DNA of 48,265 nucleotides from the NCBI GenBank assembly GCA_977017575.1, contig CDRNVI010000109.1, positions 1 through 48,265 of the forward strand. Direction: 5' to 3'. The stretch comes from Paramoeba atlantica (lineage: Eukaryota > Protista > Discosea). The first letter of the stretch is position 1; each line of letters starts with the position of its first letter. Positions 12,566 to 23,499 of the stretch are shown one piece after another. The notes under the pieces are model-generated. The model saw only the letters and a list, made by a program, of their open reading frames with translations. It searched no databases and was not told where the DNA came from. A program made the translations under genes and the position numbers.

Positions 12566-12940
12566 TCAAAAGTGGCACAATAAAAAATTCACAAATTTTT
12601 GCGAAAGCTTTATCTGTTTTCTCTTCTTTTTCCCCTTTAAGTAAACGCTCGATGCACGCTTTTCTTCTTCCGTAGTGCTAAAACACACGTGCGCCAGTCC
12701 CTTTTTTGATACGATTGTTATGCAATTGATTTCACCATAAGAAGCGTAATGCTTGGTAAGGTCTTCTTTAGTCGTAGAGGAGGGAAGGTGTTCTATTGTG
12801 ATTGAGCGCTCGTCATACTCTTCGCGCGCAGAGCGCACAACGTGCAGTGATTCTAAGTAATCATCTCTTTTGCGCTTTGTATCTCTTTCCTTGTCGGAAA
12901 TGTCGTTACCATTGGTTGATTGATTCTCCGCCGAGGCCAT
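12566..12940 (-). CDS. RRM-domain ORF, copy 1 (Helitron-associated)
   Basis: ITIEHLPSSTTKEDLTKHYASYGEI...KGLAHVCFST fits RNP2/RNP1. Nearly identical to 42825-43166, including about 50 bp upstream. Confidence 0.7.
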   Translation of the reverse strand: MASAENQSTNGNDISDKERDTKRKRDDYLESLHVVRSAREEYDERSITIEHLPSSTTKEDLTKHYASYGEINCITIVSKKGLAHVCFSTTEEEKRASSVYLKGKKKRKQIKLSQKFVNFLLCHF

Positions 12941-12990
12941 AGTAAATTCAAGAAAGTTTTCAAAAAAATCACTCTAAGTCTAGAAACATT

Positions 12991-13204
12991 GACCATCGTT
13001 TTTTGTAAGACATGGTTTTTTGTAAGACCGTAGTTTTTTGTAAGACCATCGTTTTTGTAAGACCATCGTTTTTTGTAAGACCATCGTTTTTTGTAAGACC
13101 ATGGTTTTTTGTAAGACCGTAGTTTTTTGTAAGACCATAGTTTTTTGTAAGACCATCTTTTTTTGTAAGACCATCGTTTTTTGTAAGACCATCGTTTTTG
13201 GTAA
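12991..13204. repeat. 18-bp minisatellite, about 12 copies
   Basis: Unit GACCATCGTTTTTTGTAA with variants GACCGTAG and GACCATGG. Confidence 0.95.
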
Positions 13205-13485
13205 ACCACTGTCCGGGTTAATATTCCTATACCCTCGTATTATTCCTACCAGGAATATTAAGTGTCCCAATGGTGCTTAATATTCCTACCCCCCCTCTCC
13301 CTGACACCTACCCCGTCTTTGCTTGAGATCCACAAAAATGATCCTTCGATATTCCCTTTTTGGGTGATTTTTTCATCAAAATAGCAAGCCCAACGCGCAC
13401 ACAGTCCCTAAAGGACCAAAATCGAGCACAAGAGCACAGAGCGCGCCGCTTCGCGGCGCGAAAGAATTTTTGGTCCTTTTCTGCT

Positions 13486-13865
13486 AATTTTTTAATTCGG
13501 CTCTTCGATAAACGCGGTGGTTGTCTTCAACCTAGAAGTCACTCATGCTGCGCGCTTCGCGTTGAAAACTTCCACCGCGTTTAACGAAGAGCCTAAGAAA
13601 GAAAAATGGGCCATGGATGCTGAAGAAAACAGAAGGATTTGAGCCACAAATAGACGATTTTTAGGTAATAATGGGGTGATGTTTGGGTATTTTTCTCTCA
13701 GAGCACTAAATCCGACATTTGCGTGTGGGAAATCACTCGTACGCATGAATGTAAGGCTACGGAACGTAATCGGTAGAGGATGCGACACCAACGACACCAT
13801 TCTTTCCGAAAAATACTGTCCGAAAAATACTTTTTCGCCTTTTTTCGTCAAAAATGGGTCAAGAC
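13486..13865 (-). mobile_element. Diverged 3' end of the Helitron-associated palindromic cassette
   Basis: Terminal palindrome at 13486-13607 plus the subterminal module; resembles the end of the autonomous element (44090-44497). Confidence 0.75.
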
Positions 13866-14337
13866 AGAAAATGTTTTTCATAGTATATTACTATTTTTAC
13901 TATTTCTTTCTATTATAATTAGTTTATATTGGTTAAAGTAAAGGAAAATTCGCCTTTTTTGAAAAACATTTGCTTTACACGCTAGTTTACACCCTATCTA
14001 GAAATCTACTCTTGCATTTCTTAGTACAGTGCCACACACTATCCTCTAATTCCATTTCTTTTGTCGATGAGTGTGTCCTTTTTCCACAGAAAACGCTTCT
14101 CGTGACAAGCCCGTGCCTTCGAAGCCAGTGCTCGCACTGTGCTTCCGACCAGCGTGATATACGGCTGAGGTTGAACTGTCATCGACAAGCGAACCCACGA
14201 CACCCCTGGCATACCATAGAAAATAACGGAAAATGAGTATACAATAGTCATATACAATATTATGTACGTAGATAATGTCCTTTTGTTGAAAAGAAAAATG
14301 TCAAGCTAAAAAGTCATAAAAAAGCGAATTTTCCTTT

Positions 14338-14761
14338 CATTTCCAAATCCAAATCATTCCGGATTGCTCCGGATGGTCGCTGGCAAGCCAGACCCTTCAC
14401 AGACAGATTTGGAAGTTCCGAGGCCGACGTCCTCTACCAGTTTCCGCTTGTCCAAGGCGGCACCAACGTGCTGTTGCCAACACGCTGCGTCGACGAACTG
14501 TACGTCAACACGGCTCACCCACGAGGTGTAAGCCGGGTAAGGGAGCTGGTTCCCTGAGGGGAGGGTCCGGGACGGTCCTCCGAGTACTGGGCCTAGTCGG
14601 TTATCAGCCCAGCCTCTTAGAGCGAGGCCGCCGGGAATATTGCGATGAGCGGGTTTGAACTCGCCGTCTGAGCACCATGTGCTTCAAACTTTGAATTCTT
14701 GCCACTCCGCCACCTCCGCCCTACTCCGCCACCTCCGCCCACTCCGCCACCTCCGCCCACA
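14338..14761 (-). mobile_element. tRNA-derived SINE-A, full length
   Basis: 12-bp TSD GAATTTTCCTTT (14326-14337 and 14762-14773); A and B boxes; 5' head reiterated three times. Confidence 0.85.
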
Positions 14762-14789
14762 GAATTTTCCTTTACTTTCACCTTTATAT

Positions 14790-15105
14790 TTAACATTTAC
14801 CATTTTTTCACTTTTTCGCCTTTCTATCTTATACACGCTTTGAGGCGAGCACCGAAACTCAAAACAGTTTTATCAATCATTTTTTGTGGCAAACGAGACC
14901 ACCCATTGCGTATGCATCGGATGAATCAAGATTTATCTGATGGGGTCTTCTCGTCCACTACCTCTTGGACCATAGGCCAGACGTTTTCTATGGGGGAAAG
15001 GTCTGGTGAATTGGGGGACCAATTTTTCAATAGATCTTTCATTATATTCGTAATATACTCCTTAGAGGCGCGTGCGGTGTGTGCCGTGGCCCCGTCTTGC
15101 TGAAA
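14790..15105 (-). pseudogene. Tc1/IS630-like transposase C-terminal fragment
   Basis: FQQDGATAHTA...WSPNSPDLSPIENVW, followed by a degraded Tc1-like C-terminus. Confidence 0.8.
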
Positions 15106-15112
15106 AATACAC

Positions 15113-15473
15113 AAGGTGAAAAAGTATTTTTCGGACCCCAAGGGGCCTTTTTGTGTCGAAAGAATGGTGTGGTTGGAGTCGCATTCTCTACCCAATACGT
15201 TCGGTAGGCTCGAATTCATGCCTACGAGTGATTTCCCACCCGCAAATGTCGGATTTAGTGCTCTGAGAGCAAAAATATGCGAAAATGACCCCATTTTTAC
15301 CCCGAAATTCGGGTATATTTTGGGCTACAATCTTTCCGTTTTCCAGGCTAAATTTTCTTTTTTAGGCTCTTCATTAAACGCGGCGGTAGTTTTCAACGCG
15401 AACCGAGCAGCATGAGCGACTTCTAAGTTGAAAACAACCACCGCGTTTAACGAAGAGCCTAAAAACGAAAATT
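15113..15473 (+). mobile_element. Palindromic cassette, 3' half
   Basis: Same subterminal module and terminal palindrome as 25283-25752. Confidence 0.85.
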
Positions 15474-15559
15474 ATATTGAAAAAAAGTGAACCAAAACAG
15501 TGAAAATATAAAGAGAAACACAATAATAGAAAAAAAATAATAATAGAAGAAAAATTAAT

Positions 15560-16100
15560 AATTTTCTTTTTTAGGCTCTTCGTTAAACGCGGTGGTTGTT
15601 TTCAACTTAGAAGTCACTCATGCTGCGCGCTTCGCGTTGAAAACTACCACCGCGTTTAACGAAGAGACTAAAAAAGAAAATTTAGCCTGGAAAACGGAAA
15701 GATTATAGCCAAAAATAGCCGAATTTCGGGTAAAAATGGGGTGATTTTCGCGTATTTTTGCTCTCAGAGCACTAAATCCGACATTTGCGCGTGGGAAATC
15801 ACTCGTAGGCATGAATGAAAGCCCACCGAACGTATTGGGTAGAGAATACGACTCCAACCATACCATTCTTTCGATACAAAAATGCCCCTTTAGGTCCGAA
15901 AAATATTTTTTCACCTTTTTTAGTCAAAAATGGGTCATTTTGAGGGGCGCACCACGGTTCGAAGAAGTGATACCTTGCGAAAACAACTGCGGAGAAAGCT
16001 AGTGTAGGTCCCAAACTATCAAAATACAATAAGGGAAACAATTTTGGAAAAATATTTTTTTTGCCATTTTTTTCGCCAGGTTCAATTTTTTTTTTTTTTG
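15560..16100 (-). mobile_element. Palindromic cassette, 3' half, inverted relative to 15113-15473
   Basis: Reverse complement of the same modules. Confidence 0.85.
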
Positions 16101-16259
16101 CGATGAATAAGGGGGGAGAAGCATGAAACGCGGCATTGCCTCTATATTTTTACCCAATACTTGAACCCTATAGGTCCATCGGGTGGGGTATACGATTTTA
16201 AAACGATCAATCAAATTAGCAATTTCATATTTTGGAGCCCAAAACTAGCAATTTGATCT

Positions 16260-17630
16260 CCCGTAAGTATGTGAACAATAATAACAATAACAATAACAAT
16301 AAAAACAAGCAATCCAGACCCAATCCATTCGCGCGTTCCGGGCCGGGTCTTTCGACCTCTCCACGGCCTGGCTTGTGGACCCTTCCCTTGTTATACGGGA
16401 GGGCGCGGGCCTGTGTCGACAGCGACACGGTCGCGAAACAGGATGCTTGCCGACGGGGGGGAGATAGACTCTGTCGACTCGGCCAGCACCCGGGCCAGCG
16501 GTATGTGGCCCTGCTCATGGCGCCTTCTCCATGCCCCTAAGCGCCTTCAAGTGGGTCGTTAGGGTCACTGACAACTATCCTGTAGGCCATCATCCGAGCC
16601 TGGGAACGCATCAACGTGACATTAAGCTCTTGCAAAAGGATGTTTCGTGCCTGAGTGTCTGTCAAAAGACCGTTCGACGCGTTGGCACGCAACGCCCCCA
16701 CCTTCCACAGGACCGTCAAGGCACTTCTGCTCCATGATCCGAAGGACTCAACAACCATCGCTGTGAACAGTAACTGAGCTGCTTCCGCTTCCTGGCGCTG
16801 CTTCCCTTTCGTTTCAGAGAAGTGTTCAGCAAAAGACCCCGCAGCCACCCAGCTAGCATTACGGACTGAGCCCAAATACTTCAATTGCTGTGCGTGGGTG
16901 ACTTCGAAGTCTAGAACCATGCCACCTCCCAGTTCATAGTTGGGAAGAAAAACATCGCCTGGTCCGGGGAGACCTCCTCCAGGTCCCCGATTTCCGAGAC
17001 TTTTTTCCCTTTGAGGAGCCATATTGGCCTTGCTGCAGAAGGAGGTGAACTGTTGGCAGACCGCATTGTGGCGGGTGATGAGGCCGTTTCCGTTCTTACA
17101 CATCAGAGCGTGTTCCCCATTTTTTAGGAGTGGTAAGTCACATCCTTTTGCTGGACAAGGTCGATCCTCTGGATAGACACCCATGCCCAACCACCAGCGG
17201 GATAAGGTACGGAACTCTGTGGGAGTGAAAGCGTATCCCTTTTTCCGCGAAGGAGTCACGAAAGCCCAGCTCCCGGCACCTTTTACGGACTCTGATATCC
17301 ATCTTGCACGTGTGCGGGGGTCAGCCTTCTCGTATGCAATGTTAAATTCTTGCTGGGAATGCAGTGTTAAATTCTCGCTGGGCATTCACGTTGTATGGTG
17401 TATTGTGGAGTGGAATTCGGTGTTTTGCGTTTCGGAGTCTTGGTTGCAGGTGAAGCGTTGGTGTCAAGGTTCGCTTGAGGCTGTGTCATGTTTGTTCGTA
17501 TGACGAGGGAGTGATTCGTCTCCTCATTGTCTGTTATCTTCCCCGTGTCTGGCGTGGGTTTCTCTCCGTCTATCCTGACAGCTCGTCTTGCCCAGTATTC
17601 GGGCACATTCTCGGGAATAGGGGTGGTGTA
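16260..17630 (-). mobile_element. CRE-like non-LTR retrotransposon, 3' part (family 2)
   Basis: CCHC knuckle CPAKGC...HALMC, then RHNAV, REKSLG, PGDVFLP and LDFEVTH (restriction-like endonuclease). The 3' UTR ends in (TTGTTA)n near 16275-16300. Confidence 0.8.
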
Positions 17631-17640
17631 AAGGAGTTCA

Positions 17641-18059
17641 TTGCGGTGGTTGTAAAACTACCGCTCTACACTCCATTATTGAAAACAAAGTGAACAAAAA
17701 CAGTGAAAATATGAAGAGGAACACAGTAATATAATAGAAGAAAAAAATATAAAAGGGGGCTCCGGTGGTCCAAAACTGAAAAAAAAATTCAGTAGGCTTC
17801 CATTCATGCCTACGAGTGATTTCCCACCCGCAAATGTCGGATTTAGTGCTCTGACAGCAAAAATACGCGAAAATCACCCCATTTTTACCTCGAAATTCGG
17901 CTATTTTTGGCTATAATCTTTCCGTTTTCCAGGCTAAATTTTCTTTTTTAGGCTCTCCGTTAAACGCGGCGGTAGTTTTCAACGCGAAGCGCGCGGCATG
18001 AGTGACTTCTAAATTGAAAACAACCACCGCGTTTAACAAAGAGCCTAAAAAAGAAAATT
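17641..18059 (+). mobile_element. Palindromic cassette, internally deleted derivative (about 420 bp) with both ends intact
   Basis: Starts TTGCGGTGGTTGTAAAACTACCGC and ends GAGCCTAAAAAAGAAAATT; the central modules are missing. Confidence 0.85.
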
Positions 18060-18171
18060 ATACGTGCTTCTGCCAGAAATCAAGTGCGCGTTCCCGGCGA
18101 ATTGGTCCCAGTCTCCAGCGTTATGAGATTTCTCTTCCTGGGCTAAGGAGTCTTCATTGCGAAGGAGTTCA

Positions 18172-18540
18172 TTGCGGTGGTTGTAAAACTACCGCTCTAC
18201 ACTCGATTATTGAAAAAATAGTGAACAAAAACAGTGAAAATATAAAGGGGAACACAGTAATATAATAGAGGAGAAAATATATAAATGGGGGTCGAGCAAA
18301 TTTTTTTGAAAAAATTAGTTTTCGAAAACAAACCGCAGAAATGGTAGCCGGGGTCTTGGCTCCCATTTTCCACCCCCCTACCCGGGGGTGACCCCCCCCG
18401 CGTATCCGCAGGACGGGTCCGCCAAGTTCGGATTTTTTCGGAAAAAAAATTTTGAATAAAAAATTCTGGTTGGCGAAAAAAATGGCAAAAAAATATTTTT
18501 CCAAAATCGTTTCCCCTATTGTATTTTGATAGTTTGGAAA
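18172..18540 (+). mobile_element. Palindromic cassette, 5' half
   Basis: 5' hairpin plus internal modules; truncated at about 18540. Confidence 0.85.
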
Positions 18541-18552
18541 AAAAAAAATCCA

Positions 18553-18928
18553 TGCACCACTCCATGTGCGTTACATGCACAGGGGCGAAGATCTTCAAGA
18601 CCTGGACCTGTATTCCTATGCAGGCATTGTCAGCGTAAAGAAAAAAAGAGCTGAGCTAGCTCAAGAAGAGCCGGATCATGATTCAGATTTTGAATCAGAG
18701 CCAAATCGCGGACGTCGTGCTAATGGGAGATACGCCTTTGAGGACATTAAAGTCCTCCCGGAATTCGAGCCTGGAGATATTGTTGAGCAACAGGTGCGCT
18801 CTTTGCACACTGTGCCAGCTATACCAGGTTTTCGCATATTGAGTTCTTCAAAAGAACCTGGGACACGAGCTCGAAGCCAGCTTCGAGTAGCGAAACAGAT
18901 GGTGGCATTGTTTTCCCCATGGACGAAA
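18553..18928 (+). pseudogene. Internal fragment of the Helitron RepHel ORF
   Basis: Near-identical to 39947-40334 (RYMHRGEDLQDLDLYSYA...MVALFSPWTK). Confidence 0.9.
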
Positions 18929-19230
18929 AAAAAATCATCAAAATCATTCCGGATTGCTCCGGATGGTCACTGGCAAGCCAGACCCTTCACAGACAGATTT
19001 GGAAGTTCCGAGGCCGACGTCCTCTACCAGTTTCCGCTTTTCCAAGCCGGCAACAACGTGCTGTTGCCAACAAGCTGCGTCGACGAACTGTACGTCAACA
19101 CGGCTTACCCAAGAGGTGTAAGCCGGGTAAGGGAGCTGGTTCCCTGAGGGGGGGGTCCGGGACGGTCCTCCGAGTACTGGGCCTAGTCGGTTCTCAGCCC
19201 AGCCTTTTAGAGTGAGGCCGCCAGGAATAT
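18929..19230 (-). mobile_element. SINE-A, 5'-truncated
   Basis: Body and tail match 37300-37604. Confidence 0.85.
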
Positions 19231-22200
19231 CTCTGTACCTTGTTGTTGTTTTTTCGTTAAACTTTACAAAAACTTTATGGTTGTGCTAACGCGCTCCAAA
19301 CTTGCAATGCAGCACTCGACCAACGAATCCAATATCGACCCACAGAGCGACTGGAACGAAATACACTACCCTACACCAATTCTACCTCAAGTGTCGAAGA
19401 AATGGAAAGGAAAAGTAGGTAGTCTAAAGGGCAAAGGTCTAAACGAGATTATGGACAAAAGCAGCGACATTCACGACAACTCCACAATTTCAGACGAAAT
19501 GAACATCGAACCGCGAGAATGCATCACACGACAAGAATCACGACAAAGCAAACCACGGAAAATCAAAGTTATCATCGGAGACTCACGACCTTCGGATCAA
19601 ACAAGCTCAGATATGCAATCGAAGTCTCCCCAAATAACTGAAAATGCGCCGCAAAATGAAGACGACATGTCAGCGGACACCGATGGCCTAAGTACCTCAT
19701 CTGAAACAATGTCATCCGACGATCTGTGTATGAGTGAGCACACGAAGTTTGAAAGCGACAGACCAAGTTCAAGACATTGTATCAGAATGGGGCCGCGGTA
19801 CTCAATGCGAGATCCTTTGGAACTTCCGCTACGGAGAAGAAATTTTTTATTCTGTCGGCGAAGTAGTGTCCCGCGTCTCAAGGAAAGGTCAGGTTCGTAT
19901 AAAGATTGCGTACTCCCCTGCTGAAGGACAAACCGGACCCCAAGGAAACCTCTTTCTTCCACAGTCTGACAAAGCGCGAGTCTTTCAAATCTGTGCTACG
20001 AAGATAAATCGAATACCAAGCAAAGGAGTAAACACGCTAAATTTTCCGGAGAGCATGTCAGAGACGACGAAGGAATCCGACACGCACAGAGACATGGATC
20101 CACTTCCACCGCTAGCTCAAATAGAACCGTCCTTTGCTGTACATGTGGTTTCAATTTTCAGAGAGACAATTCGCGAATATCCTCATTTACAACTTCTGTC
20201 CGAAAAAGAAACCCTATGGCACAGGTTCCTAAATGCTCCGAGAGATGCTTTGACCACTGTGAGGAAAATGCTAATGCGAACACAAGCCACGACTCACGCG
20301 CCGAAAAGTAAAAGTAAATATGAATACAACGTCGACAAGCTCAGCCAAGAAGAACAAGAAGAGTTAGAAACTGACTGCCGAGCGATCCGCAATGCTTTAC
20401 GAACGGCAAAAGCAGGAAACCTAGGCAAAGCAACGCGTATTCTCGATAACGTCTACAAACAATCACCCCTGACTGTCGAAGAAAAAGTTTCTCTTCTAAA
20501 AAGTCTCCATCCTTCCGGGAAAACGCCTCAAATGCCGATGAGTGTTGACTTTCCGCGCATTGGAATTGTTGAACGAGACGAACTCCTCTTAGCGGCCAGC
20601 AAATTGGCAAAGGGTGCTTCCCCAGGACAGGTTTCAGCGAATCGATGTTGCGACTTCTCCCCGACGATGAAGAATGCAGCATTTGCTTATGCCACATGTT
20701 TCGCGACGTGATCAATGGCGACATTCCAAACTCGGTGCGTGATCGACTCACAAGATGCAGATTAGTAGCTTTGCCCAAACAAATAAATAAACTGCGCCCG
20801 ATCGCTATAGGAGAGACCATCCTTAAAGTGTGTGGCATCATTCTTTTGCAACGACATGAAGACGCGCTTAAAAAGCACTTTCAAACCTTCCAACGAGGCA
20901 TACTACAAAAGAATGCGTGTGAGCAAATTGTGCATGAACTGATAGAAGAATACGAGGCAGACCACAAGATCGTCACAGTCGATTACACTAACGCATTCAA
21001 CACACCAAACAGAATCGCCATTGCAGAAACTCTTCAAAAGCATGATGTTTTCAGACCATTTATGCGCCTCTTTTTCCTAGAGTACTCCGAGCCATCTGAT
21101 CTTCTTTTCTTTGCTGACAACACACTCTATTCAACAATCAAAAGCACACCTGGGGTACGACAAGGTTCAGCCCTCTCATCTCTCTACTTTTGTAGCTTAA
21201 TACATCCCATCCTAGCTGAAGTAGCCGATCTTTTTCCTGAAGTCACGATCCGAGCATATATGGACGACATCACGCTTTCATCTCGAAACACTTTATCCCT
21301 AGAAGCCGCTTTCCTCCATCTTCAAGAACTTTCTAAAGACTTATCACTTGATGTCAACTGCAATAAAACAGAGTGGTTTCAGAAAGGAGCAAAAAACTGT
21401 CCATTGGCATTGCAGAAAGCTGGTCTATCGTCACCGGAGAAATCTGTCAAGATCCTAGGCGCCTACATAGGGGAGAATGAGGACGTTAGTGAAAAGCTCG
21501 TACGACAGTCAGTAAAGCATGTATGTCTTTTTCGACGTTTGCAAATCATGGGCCCAAGCAATCTTTCGTTAGCAATGTTGCAACGATGCACGATTCCACG
21601 ACAGGATTACTTTTTGCGCGTCCACAAACCAGCAGCTACACTGAAAATTGCTGAATGCTTCGATGTTGAAATATCAAGAATTATCTCACACTGGTTTCTC
21701 GCCACAGGTGACTCACTCCGCCTCGCAACTCTACCGCAAAAAATGGGAGGTCTTGGTCTCACTCAGTCCACTTTAAAGCAACGGTACTTTTTTGAAGCAG
21801 CCAGACGATCTATTGATGAGCATAAAATATCCACTAAAGCTCCGGTAGGTCACAAGCTGTTGAGAAAGTTAGTGGCGTTACTTTGAATCCGATGAAAAGA
21901 AAAACTAAGGCCTCTAAAGCAATTCGCGAAGAGCAAACAAAAGTGCTGTCAGAAATCAAAGCAAACAAGCGATTAAGTGAAGTCATTAGCAGAACAAAGG
22001 ACTCGAATTCACACTTGGTCTCCACTAATGATTACATCAATCCCTATCTTTTCCGATATTCCACAATGATGCGATTGGGGATATCACTCCCGAAAGCCAT
22101 TGTCCGGGATGCGGGTCACAGCAAGAAGGAAACGGTCTTCTTCATCATGTTGCGGGCTGCGCACAATGTTCAGGTATGAACACCACGAAGAAACACACAC

Positions 22201-22820
22201 ACCTGATCCGTTTGCTTTCAGATTTATGCACCAAGGCTGGGCTCCCTCACGTGGTCGAACCTCGAGTACATGCTTCATTCTATTGCACAAAGTGCAAGGC
22301 AAGTATTTCTGCAGATGCAGCTGAACGACATGCGTGTAGAGCGCGTCGGATACGTTCTGGTCCTGACTTGGGAATAATGTGGCCTCACCAGGGAGAGATA
22401 TTGTATGACGTAACTGTTGTACATACTTGTACGGTGTCAAATGCAAAGTTCACCCCTGAACAACTAATGGAAAACGCACTGGCCAGGAAAAATAAAAAGT
22501 ATGTAGAACAGAATGGTTTGGAACCAGAGGCGTTCAAATGCTTAGCGGGGACTGATTGTGGGCTTCTCCATGAAGACACTAAAAGACTCATCTCTGTTTT
22601 AGCAGCACGGGCACACCTCAATCCTAAAGACACACGCGATGCCTTCCGACTAGCAGTTGAAAAATTCAATGCATACACAGTTGTATGCCAACTAAGAGAC
22701 GTGATCCCACACTGCAACTGGATAGGCGGACTAAGTAACTAATCTTTCCTTAAACGGTTTTATTAACACAACTAATCTTTCCCAGTAAACGCAAACTGAG
22801 CACTTTACTTTACTTTATGG
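19231..22820 (+). mobile_element. Near full-length CRE-like non-LTR retrotransposon (family 1), frameshifted single ORF about 19277-22742
   Basis: RT motifs RLVALPK, LRPIAIGE, DYTNAFN, GVRQGSALS, AYMDD and LPQKMGGLGL. CCHC CPGC...HVAGC (hand-translated near 22100-22170), then KHTHL, EP, GPDL and YDVTVVH of a restriction-like endonuclease. Confidence 0.85.
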
Positions 22821-23410
22821 TTATTTTCCTGAAGGACAAATATCACAATGACAAAAATGTAAACTTGTGTTAGTAATTATACTCGGAAAGTCAGGTAATC
22901 GTTCAGACGAAATATATGATTTTATTTTATTGAACATTAGAAACAATTTCCATAAGTTAAAACTTTTTGCAAAAGTTAATAAAGCTTTTGCTTTACTTTG
23001 CAACTCGAAAATTTTGGACCACCACCCTTCCCTTTACATAATTAGAAGAAAAAATTAGCAAAATCAAAATTTTCGAATAATCGCCCCTTTGCACAAATGA
23101 TGGCGAATATATCTAAATATAGTTAGTTACCTTCGTCAAAAAAAAAAAGATATTTTATTTATAAAAGGATTTTCTGCACTCGATAGTGCCCGCAAAAAAA
23201 AAAAAAAAAAAAGTTGAATGCCGTTAGCGAGGTGCGTTAAAAAAAAATAGGAAATCTTTAACGGTGAATTTTGAATACACGATAAATCAAGAATACCACA
23301 ATAGTGTTCATTCATTAACAAAAGAAATACGAAGAAATAAATGTAAGATCAACCTTTTTGTAAGATCAACCCTTTTGTATGAGTACTCATCGAAGGTGTT
23401 TTTGACTTTT

Positions 23411-23497
23411 GGAATATTGCGACGAGCGGGTTTTAACTCGCCGTCTGAGCACCATGTGCTTCAAACTTTGAATTATTGCCACTCCGCCACCTCCGCC
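23411..23497 (-). mobile_element. SINE-A tRNA-like head only
   Basis: Matches 37215-37301. Confidence 0.8.
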
Positions 23498-23499
23498 AT

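Noticed and set aside
12853-13270. KKRWSY / QKTMVL repeat proteins
   Set aside because: These are translations of the 18-bp minisatellite; unit-length variation breaks the frame.
18566-19215. ORFs containing KSFRIAPDGHWQARPF or IIPDCSGWSL as a novel protein family
   Set aside because: They are antisense or alternative-frame translations of SINE-A fused to flanking sequence.
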